This document shows positions 10,306 to 20,637 of a stretch of DNA of 64,000 nt, piece after piece. A program made the position numbers and the translations under genes. The notes under the pieces are model-generated. The model was not told where the DNA came from, searched no databases, and was given only the letters and a program-made list of their open reading frames with translations. The stretch lies in the NCBI GenBank assembly GCA_963726745.1, contig CAVSDR010000003.1, positions 1,088,001-1,152,000 on the forward strand, written 5' to 3'. The stretch is from an uncultured Verrucomicrobiae bacterium (lineage in GTDB: Bacteria > Verrucomicrobiota > Verrucomicrobiia > Chthoniobacterales > UBA10450). The stretch's first letter is position 1; every line of letters begins with the position of its first letter.

Positions 10306-10734
10306 ATGAAACGCGTCCTCTTTCTTTGCGTGCATAACAGCGCGCGCAGTCGCATGGCCGAAGGGCTTTTGAATGCGCGCTGCGGCAAGCACTTCCAGGC
10401 CGAAAGCGCCGGGCTCGATCCGGGCAAGGGCGTGAACCCGCTGGCGGCGGAAGCGATGCGCGAGCTTGGGATCGACATCGCGTCGCAGCCGGCGCAGGGC
10501 GTGGACGCAGTGCTCCAGCGCGGGACGAAATTCGATTACGTCGTGACCGTGTGTCACGAGTCGGAAGCGGCTGGCTGCCCGGTTTTTCCCGGGAAAACGC
10601 AGCGGCTGCACTGGCCCTTCGAGGATCCCAGCTCCTTCACCGGCACCTGGGAGGAAAAGCTCGCGCGCACCCGCGAAGTGCGCGCGGCGATCGCGCAAAA
10701 GATCGAGTCCTGGTGCGCTGAAGTTGCCGGCTAA
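10306..10734 (+). CDS. arsC: Thioredoxin-dependent arsenate reductase (LMW-PTP fold)
   Basis: LFLCVHNSARSRMAEG P-loop, VTVC......CPVFPG, HWPFEDP. Confidence 0.88.
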   Translation: MKRVLFLCVHNSARSRMAEGLLNARCGKHFQAESAGLDPGKGVNPLAAEAMRELGIDIASQPAQGVDAVLQRGTKFDYVVTVCHESEAAGCPVFPGKTQRLHWPFEDPSSFTGTWEEKLARTREVRAAIAQKIESWCAEVAG

Positions 10735-11417
10735 TTCTCCGGCCGGAACGGCTGGTGCCGGATGTCTTCCGCGGCCGCGGCGTAGACGGCGTCTTCCGCG
10801 ATGTTCGTGGCGTGATCGCCCACGCGCTCGAGGTGGCGCGCGATGAACATGAGATTGAGATAACCGCGGAGCTGCTCGGGGTTTTCCGCCATCCGCTGGA
10901 TCAGACGTTTGCTCGCGGCGGCGTTGAGCTGGTCGAGCGTCTTGTCGCGCGCCTTCAGCTGCATCGCCTGCTCCACGTCTTCGCGGATGTAGGCGTCCAC
11001 GCTGTCGCGGAACATGCTCATGGCTTGTTCGCGCATCGGCACGACCAACTCGATTTCGTCGAGCACCGGATGCTGGTTCAATTTGCGCGCCTTGCGCGCG
11101 ATGTTGACCGCCTGGTCGGCCATGCGTTCGAGATTCGAGCTGAGCTTCATCGCCGAGACCACCCGGCGCAGGTCGGAGGCGACCGGCTGGAAACGGAGCA
11201 GGAGATCGACGCCATCTTTGTCCACCTGCTTCTCCAGTTGGTCGATCTCCTCGTCGTCGGCGATCGCGAGCACGCAGAGTTCGTCGTCGCGCTGGAGCAA
11301 ACCATCGAGCGCGTGATCAAGGCTGCGCTCGGTCAGGCTCGACATCGTGAGCACATTGTTGCGCAGCGAGCCGAGAGCTTCGTCGAAGGTTTTGAGAATG
11401 TGGTTTTGTGGCGTCAT
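10731..11417 (-). CDS. phoU: Phosphate signalling protein PhoU
   Basis: [33 protein letters not shown]. Confidence 0.95.
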   Translation of the reverse strand: MTPQNHILKTFDEALGSLRNNVLTMSSLTERSLDHALDGLLQRDDELCVLAIADDEEIDQLEKQVDKDGVDLLLRFQPVASDLRRVVSAMKLSSNLERMADQAVNIARKARKLNQHPVLDEIELVVPMREQAMSMFRDSVDAYIREDVEQAMQLKARDKTLDQLNAAASKRLIQRMAENPEQLRGYLNLMFIARHLERVGDHATNIAEDAVYAAAAEDIRHQPFRPEN

Positions 11418-12235
11418 CCGAATCTTCCGGTGATGTAGTCTTCCGTTTGGCGTTGCGCCGGATTGCTGAACATCTTGCGCGTGTCACTGAACTCGATCAG
11501 TCGCCCGAGGTAAAAGAAGGCGGTTTGGTCGGAAACGCGACCGGCCTGTTGCATGTTGTGGGTCACGATCACGATGGTGTATTGCGTTTTCAGGTGGCGA
11601 ATGAGTTCCTCCACTTTCGCGGTCGCGATTGGGTCGAGCGCGGAGCAGGGCTCGTCCATCAGGAGAATCTCCGGTTCCACCGCGAGCGCGCGCGCGATGC
11701 AAAGCCGCTGCTGCTGGCCGCCCGAGAGTCCGTAGCCGCTCATGTGCAACCGGTCCTTCACCTCGTCCCAAAGCGCAGCCGCGCGCAGGCTCTTCTCCAC
11801 GGCCTCGTCGATCGCGGCGCGTTTTTTAATTCCGGCGATGCGCAGGCCGTAGGCGATGTTGTCGTAGATCGATTTCGGGAAGGGATTCGATTTCTGGAAG
11901 ACCATCCCGACGTTCCGGCGCAGGTCGACCACGTCGATCCGGGGATCATTGATGTCGAGCCCGTCGATCCGAATGGAGCCCTCGGTAATGCGCGCACTTT
12001 CGACCAGATCGTTCATCCGGTTAAGGCAGCGGAGCAGCGTGGTCTTGCCGCAACCCGACGGCCCGATGAAAGCGGTCACCGCGCGCGCGGGGATAGCCAG
12101 CGAGATGTCGTGCAGCACGGCGTTCGTGCCGTAGGCAAAGCTGAGATGATCGATCTCAATCGAAGCCGCTGGCACCGATGCGGCGGCGGAGGGTGTGGGG
12201 GGCTCAAGCGCAGGCATGGTGGAAAGCGTTACCAT
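11414..12235 (-). CDS. pstB: Phosphate ABC transporter ATP-binding protein
   Basis: C-terminal part of ORF 11414-14791: [48 protein letters not shown]. Confidence 0.95.
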   Translation of the reverse strand: MVTLSTMPALEPPTPSAAASVPAASIEIDHLSFAYGTNAVLHDISLAIPARAVTAFIGPSGCGKTTLLRCLNRMNDLVESARITEGSIRIDGLDINDPRIDVVDLRRNVGMVFQKSNPFPKSIYDNIAYGLRIAGIKKRAAIDEAVEKSLRAAALWDEVKDRLHMSGYGLSGGQQQRLCIARALAVEPEILLMDEPCSALDPIATAKVEELIRHLKTQYTIVIVTHNMQQAGRVSDQTAFFYLGRLIEFSDTRKMFSNPAQRQTEDYITGRFG

Positions 12236-13254
12236 GATAGACGGGTGCGGCTGCGTTCGCGCAAGACCACGGACGCGAGCGCGATCAACATCACCAGGAG
12301 GAGGAAGACGAGCGCGGCGCCGTATTGCACCCGCTCGGTGTATTCGTTTTGCGGGATCTTCGAGCTGACGACGTAGATGTGATAAGGCAGCGCCATCACG
12401 CCCTGGAACACAAAGTCGGTCGCGCGCTGCACCTGCCAGGGCATCTCGTCGCGCATCGCGTAAGCCGCGGTGAACATGATCGGCGCGGTCTCGCCGGCGA
12501 CGCGCGCGATCCCGAGGATCGAGGAGGTGAGAATGCCGGGCAGCGCGTAAGGCAGGACGTTCTTGCGGATGGTTTGCCACTTGGTCGCGCCGAGCGCGAG
12601 TGAGCCTTCGCGCAACCCTTGGGGCACGGCGCGGAGCGACTCTTCGCTCGCGGTGATAATAGCCGGCAGGATCATGAGCCCGAGAGTGAACCAGCCAGAC
12701 AGCAGGGAGACGTTCCAGCCGAAGAAGATCACGAAAAGGCCAAAGCCGAAGAGCCCGAAGACGATCGAGGGCACGCCCGCGAGATTGAGAATGGCCACGC
12801 GGGTCAGGCGAATAAACGGCCCGCCGCCGCTGTATTCGCTCAGGAAAATCGCGGCGCTGATCCCGATGAAGAGCGCCAGCGTCATCGAGCCGAGAACGAG
12901 CAGCGCGGTGCCGACGATGCAAGGCCAGATGCCGCCGGCAGAATAGGCGACCGTTTGCGGCTCGACCGCGGCCGTTGGATGCGCTGCCTGCCACTCCCGG
13001 AAATCCTGGTCGCCTAACGAGAGCTTTTGGCCCTCGAAGTCGAACACGTAAAGCGTCTGCGGGCTTTCGCTGAGGAAAGCGAAGTTGATGAACGGAGCGT
13101 GCGTGGTGAAGAGCGTGCGGCTCCCCTTGATTCCGATGTCGAGAAAGATGTAGGCCGCGCAGGCGATCACGAAATAGGTCGCGAGCCGGAAGGCCCAGAA
13201 GGCGCTGCGCTCGAGGAGGCGGTTGCGGGAACCGTTGGCGGTGCGCGTCTTCAT
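12229..13254 (-). CDS. pstA: Phosphate ABC transporter permease PstA
   Basis: [36 protein letters not shown]. Confidence 0.93.
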   Translation of the reverse strand: MKTRTANGSRNRLLERSAFWAFRLATYFVIACAAYIFLDIGIKGSRTLFTTHAPFINFAFLSESPQTLYVFDFEGQKLSLGDQDFREWQAAHPTAAVEPQTVAYSAGGIWPCIVGTALLVLGSMTLALFIGISAAIFLSEYSGGGPFIRLTRVAILNLAGVPSIVFGLFGFGLFVIFFGWNVSLLSGWFTLGLMILPAIITASEESLRAVPQGLREGSLALGATKWQTIRKNVLPYALPGILTSSILGIARVAGETAPIMFTAAYAMRDEMPWQVQRATDFVFQGVMALPYHIYVVSSKIPQNEYTERVQYGAALVFLLLVMLIALASVVLRERSRTRLSW

Positions 13255-14782
13255 TTACCCAATGCTCATGCGGAAACGCGCGACCAGGCGCTGGGCCAGG
13301 TAATTGATCAGGAGCGTGATGAAAAAGAGGACCAGCCCGACCATGAAGAGCGCGCGGTAATGAATGCTCCCGCGCACCACCTCGCCCATCTCCTGCGCGA
13401 TGATCCCGGTCATGGTGTGGACCGGTTGGAAGAAAGCGCCCAGGCCTTCGGTGAAATCGGGAATCTCGATCCGGTTTCCCGCGCAGAGCAGCACCACCAT
13501 GGTCTCGCCGATGACGCGGCCGAGCCCGAGCAAAATAGCCGACACAATGCCGGAGAGCGAAGCGGGCACGAGCACGCGCGCGATCGTTTGCAGGCGATTG
13601 GCGCCGAGCGCATAGGAGGCTTCCTTGAAGCCGCGCGGGACGTTGCGGAGCGCGTCTTCCGAGAGGGTGAAGATCGTCGGCACGGCCATGAGCGCGAGCA
13701 GACAGCCGGCAGTGAAAACATTCAGCCGCTCGGCGATCGGGAAGAAATGGATCCAGCTGAGCCAGGAACTTTCCGAGGCGGTGCGGATCGCCTGGCCGAC
13801 GACGGCAATTCCAAAGAACCCGAGCACGACCGAAGGAATCGCGGAAATGAATTCGAGGTAGGGCTTGATCAGCTTCTTCTCGCTCGCGGAAGCGATCTCG
13901 CTCACGTAGATCGCCGCGGCCACGCCGAAGGGAACGGCGAGCACAAGCGCGACCACCGAGACCATGATCGAGCCGACAAAGAGCGGCGTGATCCCATACC
14001 AATCCTGCCAAAAGCTGGCCGTGATCCAATCGTGCCCGAACAGGAAAGTCGTGAGCGTGCGATACCAGACGACCGGTTGATCCACGTTCCAGGCTTCGAG
14101 TTGCGCGGTGGTCTGCGGCATCTCCGCGACGTAGCCGCGGGCCAGCTCCTGCCAGCGCACGAAAGCTTTTTGCGCCATCGCGTCGGCTAATCTCGGCGGC
14201 GCCGCGAGCAAGGCGGTGACTTGCTCGCCGATAGTCGTGGCCGCCGCGGCGTAGGCCGGAGTGCTTCCGCGCAATTGCTCGAGCATTGCGCGGGGCGGCG
14301 CGGGCCGGTCGGGGTTGGCGCCCAGCTGCGCTTTGGCTTCGCTCGCGAGGTCGCTCGCATCGGAGAGGACGCTTTGCAGCGGATCGGCCGTGTCGCTGAA
14401 GGCGCTGGCAAATTGATCGAAGGGCGCAAGGCCGGCGTTGATTTCTTCCAGGGGAACGCCGGCGCGCTGCCCGGCGCGGAGTTGTTTCAAACGGATTTGG
14501 TTGAGGCCGCGATTGAGCGCGACCTGCGCGTCGGCCTGCTTGCGGATGAGGTCCACGTATTCCTGCCCGCTCATGCGGTAGAGCCGGAGGTTGCGCAGGT
14601 TTTGCCCGAAAAAGCCGAAGCCTTCGCGGAAAAGGAAACAGCGTGATCAGCGCCAGGACGACGATGGCGACGAGCGCGTTGCTCCCGAAGAAATATTTGA
14701 TCCAACGATCGGCCGAGACGCGTTTGCGGTTGGCGCGCTGCTTCGCGGCAAAGCTTTCGGGGATGGCAGCGGCCGGATCCAT
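13255..14782 (-). CDS. pstC: Phosphate ABC transporter permease PstC with large periplasmic insertion (apparent +1 indel ~14636)
   Basis: [31 protein letters not shown]. The N-terminal TM segment MDPAAA...[10 protein letters not shown] continues in the other frame as LFREGFGFF. Confidence 0.88.
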
Positions 14783-14829
14783 GGCCGGCAAATCTGCGCC
14801 TGCTCTCGACGCCGACCAACCGCTTTCGT

Positions 14830-14845
14830 GTGACGTTTTGGTGAC
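14830..14845 (-). promoter_or_regulatory. Pho-box-like direct repeat upstream of pstC
   Basis: Minus strand GTCAC-CAAAAC-GTCAC (11-bp period) in the phoR-pstC gap. Confidence 0.72.
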
Positions 14846-14858
14846 AGAAACCCGCGCC

Positions 14859-16160
14859 TTACAGCCGCAGCAGCGGTGTCTCCGCGTCGGTGGAATCGGC
14901 GGGCGGCTGGATCGGTAAGAGGAGGCTGATCGTGGTTCCGTGGCCTGGTTCGCTCGCGGCTTCGACCTGACCCCCGTGGAGCTGCATGATGTGCTTCACG
15001 ATCGAAAGCCCCAGGCCGGTGCCGCCCAGTTGCCGGCTGCGCGCTTTGTCGGCCCGGTAAAAGCGCTCGAAAATCCGCGGGAGATCGCGCGCGGGAATGC
15101 CGGGGCCTTCATCGGAAACGGAGATCCGCACCGCCTCGCCGAGGCGTTCGGCGGCCAGGACGATCCCGCCTTCGGGCGGGGAATATTTCACGGCGTTATC
15201 CAGCAAGTTGTAGATCACTTCCTGGAGTCGGTGTTCGTCGGCCGAGATCGCCGGCAAGGCATCGGCCAGCTCCAGGCGGGCATGGAGCGACTTCGTGCCG
15301 AGGCGTTTTTCCCAGTCGCGCAGGATGCCCTGGAGGAAATTCGGCAGCTCCACTTCCGTGCGCTCGAGCCGTGCGCCGGGTGCTTCCAACTGCGCCAGGC
15401 TGAGGATGTCCTCGACCAGGAGCGTGAGCCGGTCGGCGTGCCGATCCATCACTTCGAGAATGCGCACCAGCTCCTCCCGTGGTTGCCCCGGATCGTCGAG
15501 CAACGTCTCGAGGTAACCGCGAAAAATCGAGAGCGGCGTGCGCAGCTCATGCGAAACATTGGCGACGAAATCCTTCCGCATCGCCTCGACCTGCCGCAGC
15601 TCGGTGACGTCGCGAAAGAGCACCACCGCGCCGGGTGCGCGCGCATCCGTCGCAAAGGTCACCGCAGTGACCTCGAGGTCGCGCCGCAGGCCGGCGCGCT
15701 GGAAAATGATCGCTTCGCCCAGCGCCTCGCCGGTCTCGAAGGCGCGAGCGACCGCCCGGTCGATGCGCGCATCGCGCACGGTCTCGAGCAAAGTGGTCCC
15801 AAGTTCCGCGGCCCCAAAGAGCTGGCTAAAGCGCGGATTGAACAGGTGGAGCCGGCGCTCCGGGTCGACCACCGCGACGCCATCGGGCAGGGCGTCGAGC
15901 ACCGCGCGCAAGCCCGCGCTGCCTTCGCTGGCGGTGCGCTCGAGTTCGCGCTGGCGGGTGGCAAATTCCTCCAGCGCCAGGCCGATGGCGTTGGTCCGCT
16001 CATTCGCGGTGGTGAGGAATTTGCGCGGGACCTGGCGGCGGACGATCGCGGTCACCAGCTCTTCGATTTCCTCCCACGGCTCAACCCAACGCCGCCAGAA
16101 GGCGTAAGCCAGAAAGGCGAAAGCGACGCCCGCGGCCAGGATGACGATCCAGGTGAGCAT
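14859..16160 (-). CDS. phoR: Phosphate regulon sensor histidine kinase
   Basis: TM-PAS-HisKA-HATPase: [47 protein letters not shown]. Confidence 0.9.
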   Translation of the reverse strand: MLTWIVILAAGVAFAFLAYAFWRRWVEPWEEIEELVTAIVRRQVPRKFLTTANERTNAIGLALEEFATRQRELERTASEGSAGLRAVLDALPDGVAVVDPERRLHLFNPRFSQLFGAAELGTTLLETVRDARIDRAVARAFETGEALGEAIIFQRAGLRRDLEVTAVTFATDARAPGAVVLFRDVTELRQVEAMRKDFVANVSHELRTPLSIFRGYLETLLDDPGQPREELVRILEVMDRHADRLTLLVEDILSLAQLEAPGARLERTEVELPNFLQGILRDWEKRLGTKSLHARLELADALPAISADEHRLQEVIYNLLDNAVKYSPPEGGIVLAAERLGEAVRISVSDEGPGIPARDLPRIFERFYRADKARSRQLGGTGLGLSIVKHIMQLHGGQVEAASEPGHGTTISLLLPIQPPADSTDAETPLLRL

Positions 16161-16191
16161 TCGTTAGGCGCCGGGGCGGTGAAGTTGCTGG

Positions 16192-17226
16192 CTAAAACGC
16201 GGCCGCGGCCCGGGCGAGGACGTAGGCGATCAAACCAGTCGCCGGCAGGGTCAGGACCCAGGCCCAGACGATCCGCTCGACCACGCCCCATTTCACGCCG
16301 CTGAAACGTTTGACCGCGCCCACGCCCATGATCGAGGTGCTGATCACGTGCGTGGTCGAAAGCGGGATGCCATGCGAGCTGGCCACCTGGATGATGACCG
16401 CCGCGGTCGTCTCCGCCGCGAAGCCGTGGACCGGCTGCAGTTTCACCATCTGGTGGCCGAGGGTGCGGATGATGCGCCAGCCGCCGGCGGCCGTGCCCGC
16501 GGCCATGGTGATCGCGCAAAGGAAGATGACCCACTTCGGGATGACGAAAGTGGGCGTATCGAGAAAATGCAGCAGCGGCGGGAGCCCGGCGAAGGCGCCG
16601 CTGCCGGTAGCGGTGAAAAGCGCGAGGGTGATGATGCCCATGGTCTTCTGGGCGTCATTGGTGCCGTGGCTGTGCGCCATCCAGGCGGCGCTTACGAGCT
16701 GGAGCTTGCCGAAGATGGTGTTCACCAGATGCGGGGTGAACGGCCGCAGAATCAGGAGAAGCAAAAACATCAGCAACCCGCCGACGAGAAAGCCGACGAC
16801 CGGCGAAGTGATCATCGGCACGACCACTTTCGGGATCAGGCCGGTGCTCCATTTCAAGACCGACCAGTCGTTTTTGGCATAAGCCAGCGCGGCGCCGCAA
16901 AGCCCGCCGATGAGCGCGTGGCTCGAGCTCGAAGGGAGGCCGAGCAGCCAGGTGATGAGGTTCCAAACGATCGCGCCGGTGAGCGCGCAAAGGATCGCGC
17001 CCATCGTGATCACGTTCGTATCGACCATGCCTTTGCCGATGGTGGAAGCGACCGCGGTGCCCATGAGCGCGCCGGTTAAATTAAAGAAAGCCGCGAGCGC
17101 GATCGCCTGCCGCGGGGTGAGCACGCGGGTGGAGACAACCGTGGCGATGGCGTTGGCCGCATCGTGAAAGCCGTTGATGTACTCAAAGGCGATCGCCGCG
17201 AGGACGACGATGAAGAAGAGAAGCAT
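16192..17226 (-). CDS. PiT family inorganic phosphate transporter
   Basis: NGFHDAANAIATVVST, PSSSSHALIGG, HGTNDAQK, PLSTTH. Confidence 0.93.
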   Translation of the reverse strand: MLLFFIVVLAAIAFEYINGFHDAANAIATVVSTRVLTPRQAIALAAFFNLTGALMGTAVASTIGKGMVDTNVITMGAILCALTGAIVWNLITWLLGLPSSSSHALIGGLCGAALAYAKNDWSVLKWSTGLIPKVVVPMITSPVVGFLVGGLLMFLLLLILRPFTPHLVNTIFGKLQLVSAAWMAHSHGTNDAQKTMGIITLALFTATGSGAFAGLPPLLHFLDTPTFVIPKWVIFLCAITMAAGTAAGGWRIIRTLGHQMVKLQPVHGFAAETTAAVIIQVASSHGIPLSTTHVISTSIMGVGAVKRFSGVKWGVVERIVWAWVLTLPATGLIAYVLARAAAAF

Positions 17227-17239
17227 GGCCGGGCCGGCT

Positions 17240-17878
17240 CTAGGAATACTTGAGCACGATCTGCAGGATGATGTTGCCGGCGTCGCGGCAGCGATCGATC
17301 ACCTTCTCGAGCATGTCGTAGATGTCGCGCAGAAAGATCACCTGCTTCGGCTCGTAATCGCCGTGGTAAAGCTCGCGGAGCAATTGCAGCTCGAGCTTGT
17401 CCGCCTGGCCCTCGATCGTCTGCAGGCGGTTGTTGCGCTCGCGCGCGGTCGCGGCATCGGTCCCGCGGCGGAGTTGCTTGACCATCGCGAGCACTTCCTC
17501 GGCGGCCTGGTCGAGCAGTTCGAGGTGGCGCTTGAAATCGATCTTCTCGAGCGCGGCCGGGGCGATGAGGACGTGCTCGCCGATTTTCTCGACCGTCTTC
17601 GGGATCTTGTAGAGCGCGGTCGCGAGCGCCTGGATGTCTTCGCGCTCCAGCGGAGTGATGAAGGTTTTGCAAAGCTGCTCGGTCAGCTCCTGCGTGATTT
17701 GCTTGTCCTTGCGCCGGCTGTCGACGAATTCCTCCAGGCTCTTGCCGGAGGCGTGATCCTGCAGCTGCCCGAGGAGCGCGATCAAGTGATGGACGCTGGT
17801 GTCGGCCTGCTGGGCGCTGGCCTCGAGGAGGTCGAAGAATTTCTGGTCGTGACCGAGAAGTTTGCGAATGGAGAACAT
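17240..17878 (-). CDS. DUF47 family (Pit accessory, PhoU-like) protein
   Basis: TFITPLEREDI, IEGQADKL, EKVIDRCRDAGN; directly upstream of pit. Confidence 0.88.
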   Translation of the reverse strand: MFSIRKLLGHDQKFFDLLEASAQQADTSVHHLIALLGQLQDHASGKSLEEFVDSRRKDKQITQELTEQLCKTFITPLEREDIQALATALYKIPKTVEKIGEHVLIAPAALEKIDFKRHLELLDQAAEEVLAMVKQLRRGTDAATARERNNRLQTIEGQADKLELQLLRELYHGDYEPKQVIFLRDIYDMLEKVIDRCRDAGNIILQIVLKYS

Positions 17879-17916
17879 GGTGGCAGGTGGTGGGCGCGGA
17901 GCATCGTGCCTGTCGC

Positions 17917-18612
17917 TCAGCCTTCGCGCAAGCGGTAGCCGAAGCCACGCACGGTTTCGATCGCGCCCGCGGCTTTGCCCAGTTTTTTGCGCAGGCGGCG
18001 CACGTGGGTGTCGACCGTGCGGGTGTCGATCAGGGTTTCGTAGCCCCAGACTTCGTTCAATAACCGGTCGCGCCCCTGCACCCGCCCCCGGCGTTGCATG
18101 AGCATGCTCAGGAGCTTGAACTCCACGCTCGTGAGGCGCAGCGGCTTCCCATTGACCGAAACCGCGTGGCGCGCGGCATCGAGGGTGATCGCCCCGATCT
18201 GCAGCGGCTCCTCCGCGGCTTCGCCGTGGCCGCGGCGGAGGATGGCCTTGATCCGGAGGGCGATTTCCCGCGGGCTAAACGGCTTGGTCACGTAATCGTC
18301 CGCGCCAAATTCCAAGCCCACGATCCGGTCCACTTCCTCGGCTTTAGCCGTCAACATGATGATCGGGATGTGGCGGGTGGCGCCCTCGGTCTTGAGCGCG
18401 CGGCAGACTTCCAGGCCGGGCATCTTTGGCAGCATCAAGTCGAGGATGATCAACGCCGGAAGTTCCGCGCGCGCCTTGCGCAAACCTTCCGCCCCATCGG
18501 CGGCCGTGGCTACGGTATAGCCGCCGGTCTTGCGAAGGTTCAGCGCGAGCAAATCGACCACGTCCGGCTCGTCTTCGATGATCAGGATTCGATTGCCGGT
18601 GGCGGAGGTCAT
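17917..18612 (-). CDS. phoB: PhoB-like OmpR family response regulator
   Basis: Receiver (LDLMLP, GADDYVTKPFS) plus wHTH (RTVDTHVRRLRKKL, ETVRGFGY) in phosphate context. Confidence 0.85.
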   Translation of the reverse strand: MTSATGNRILIIEDEPDVVDLLALNLRKTGGYTVATAADGAEGLRKARAELPALIILDLMLPKMPGLEVCRALKTEGATRHIPIIMLTAKAEEVDRIVGLEFGADDYVTKPFSPREIALRIKAILRRGHGEAAEEPLQIGAITLDAARHAVSVNGKPLRLTSVEFKLLSMLMQRRGRVQGRDRLLNEVWGYETLIDTRTVDTHVRRLRKKLGKAAGAIETVRGFGYRLREG

Positions 18613-18681
18613 GAGCTAGAGGAAAGCGTGCGTCGCGCGGCCACCATTGGGCCGTTCATCCGGCCTTCCTAGGAATATCTC

Positions 18682-19476
18682 ATGCGTCAATATCACGATC
18701 TTCTCCGGCTGGTGCTGACCGAGGGGCGGCCGCGCACCGATCGCACCGGCACCGGCACCCTTTCGCTTTTCGGGGCCCAGGCGCGCTTCGATCTCCGGGA
18801 GAATTTCCCCCTGCTCACGACCAAGAAGCTGCACCTGAAGTCGATCATCCACGAGCTTCTCTGGTTTCTCCGCGGCGAGACGAACGTCCGCTCGCTCCAG
18901 GCCGCCGGCGTCACCATCTGGGACGAGTGGGCCGATGCCGAGGGCGAGCTCGGCCGCGTCTACGGCGCGCAATGGACCGACTGGCGCGGCGCCGACGGCT
19001 CGCGCGTGAACCAAATAGACCGCGTGATCACGCAGATCCGGGAGAATCCCGACAGCCGCCGCCTGATCGTGAGCGCCTGGAATCCGGCCGAGCTCGAGAG
19101 CATGGCCTTGCCGCCGTGCCATCTCCTCTTCCAGTTCTATGTGCGTGACGGGGAATTAAGCTGCCAGATGTATCAAAGGAGCGCCGATCTCTTCCTCGGC
19201 GTCCCCTTCAACATCGCCTCCTACGCCCTGCTCACCCTCATGGTCGCGCAAGTCTGCGACCTGCGTCCGGGCGAGTTCATCCACACCTTCGGCGACCTTC
19301 ATCTCTACCAGAACCACCTCGCCCAAGCGCACGAGCAACTCGCCCGCGAACCACGTCCCCTCCCACGCATGCGCCTTAACCCCGAAGTCCGCGACATCCA
19401 CAGCTTCCGCTTCGAGGATTTCACTTTGGAGAACTACAATCCGCACCCGGCGATCAAGGCGCCGATCGCGGTTTGA
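18682..19476 (+). CDS. thyA: Thymidylate synthase
   Basis: [46 protein letters not shown]. Confidence 0.98.
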   Translation: MRQYHDLLRLVLTEGRPRTDRTGTGTLSLFGAQARFDLRENFPLLTTKKLHLKSIIHELLWFLRGETNVRSLQAAGVTIWDEWADAEGELGRVYGAQWTDWRGADGSRVNQIDRVITQIRENPDSRRLIVSAWNPAELESMALPPCHLLFQFYVRDGELSCQMYQRSADLFLGVPFNIASYALLTLMVAQVCDLRPGEFIHTFGDLHLYQNHLAQAHEQLAREPRPLPRMRLNPEVRDIHSFRFEDFTLENYNPHPAIKAPIAV

Positions 19477-19521
19477 GGCTGATACAGAGGGCTCCCAGAC
19501 AACAGATGAGGTTCTTTCTCC

Positions 19522-20010
19522 ATGGACATCCGCCCGTTTCTCTTTGTTATCGGACTGCCGCTGTTTATCGCCCTTTCCCTACTGGTGGCGTGGGCGACCA
19601 GGAGAAAATTCAAGGCACGGCAGGTAGCCTTGTTCGCTACGCTGCTTTTCACGGGACTCTTCACCTTTTTCCTGACTGGCTTTGGCCCGTTAGTCGACCG
19701 GAAGGAGACGCGCGAATATCCGATGACGTGGCAGATTAATGCGATTCCTTCGACAGCAAGAAAGGAAGCGGAGGTCGTGTTGTCGTTTGTAGATTTCCCG
19801 GGATACGAAATCGGAGAGTTTTCAAATGAACTCGCTGCCTATCTCCGCCAAAGGGGCGAGCAGCCGGTGAAGGTCGTCTTCGAGGTGACCATCGACTACC
19901 GAAAGGTGCGAGGCTTCCACGCGATCGAGGTGGCGGGACTGCGCTCATGGCGATCGGAATGGGGCTACGCCGGAATGAATGGTGTCCCGACGAAGTCACC
20001 GTGGAACTGA
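19522..20010 (+). CDS. Hypothetical membrane protein
   Basis: Two N-terminal TM helices and a soluble C-terminal domain; codon usage differs from neighbours. Confidence 0.6.
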   Translation: MDIRPFLFVIGLPLFIALSLLVAWATRRKFKARQVALFATLLFTGLFTFFLTGFGPLVDRKETREYPMTWQINAIPSTARKEAEVVLSFVDFPGYEIGEFSNELAAYLRQRGEQPVKVVFEVTIDYRKVRGFHAIEVAGLRSWRSEWGYAGMNGVPTKSPWN

Positions 20011-20123
20011 CGACGACCGTGCTCGAGGTATAGTTGGGAAGCACCGGCTAGTTGCCTGCCGCCGCTGTCCCCTTCTCACCGAGCTTGGCTCGGTGGGCGA
20101 ATCCGGTTATCAAGCGGGTCGCG

Positions 20124-20624
20124 ATGCAAGCTTCCCCCAAGACTTCGGCCTGGCTCTTCCTGCTTACCTTCGCCCTGGTTTTCTATGGGATGGGGGCGGC
20201 TTCGGTGGAGAGTTTCGTGAACTATCCGACGTGGCCTTTGATCGGGGCGAAGGAGTTCCAGGCTTATCACCGGGTGCTGGGCCCGCTGATCGTGGCCTAC
20301 ATGGTTTTGCCGATGCTTCTGACCACGGTCATGACTGCGCTCCTGCTCTGGATTCGGCCGGCGGCGATTCCTCGGTGGATGATCTGGGTGGCGCTGGCGT
20401 TGCAGGTGGGCGTGTGGGTGTCCACCGGGGCGATTCAACTCCCGATCCAGGCTCAGCTCGGGACGGAAGGTTTGTCGCTGCCGTTGATCGAGCGGCTGCG
20501 GGTGACGAGTTTTTGGTTTCGCCGGGTGCCGCACACGGTGAATGCAGTCCTCTTCCTTTGGATGATGTGGTTGCTGCTGCGAGACACCGCGCCTCGCACG
20601 ACCGCGGGCAACGCCCAGGATTAA
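20124..20624 (+). CDS. Four-TM membrane protein (DUF1772-like)
   Basis: FVNYPTWPLIGAKEFQAYH motif plus four hydrophobic helices. Start uncertain (20052 or 20124). Confidence 0.6.
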   Translation: MQASPKTSAWLFLLTFALVFYGMGAASVESFVNYPTWPLIGAKEFQAYHRVLGPLIVAYMVLPMLLTTVMTALLLWIRPAAIPRWMIWVALALQVGVWVSTGAIQLPIQAQLGTEGLSLPLIERLRVTSFWFRRVPHTVNAVLFLWMMWLLLRDTAPRTTAGNAQD

Positions 20625-20637
20625 ACCGGCGCGTGCC

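Noticed and set aside
10687..10694. Recurrent GCGATCGC (HIP1-like) palindromes
   Set aside because: Explained by frequent Ala-Ile-Ala codons (GCG ATC GCN) in high-GC genes; enrichment cannot be shown by eye.
11414..14791. 1125-aa ORF as a giant PstB fusion
   Set aside because: It joins the pstC N-terminus to pstB through an off-frame read of pstC/pstA, caused by an indel and high GC.
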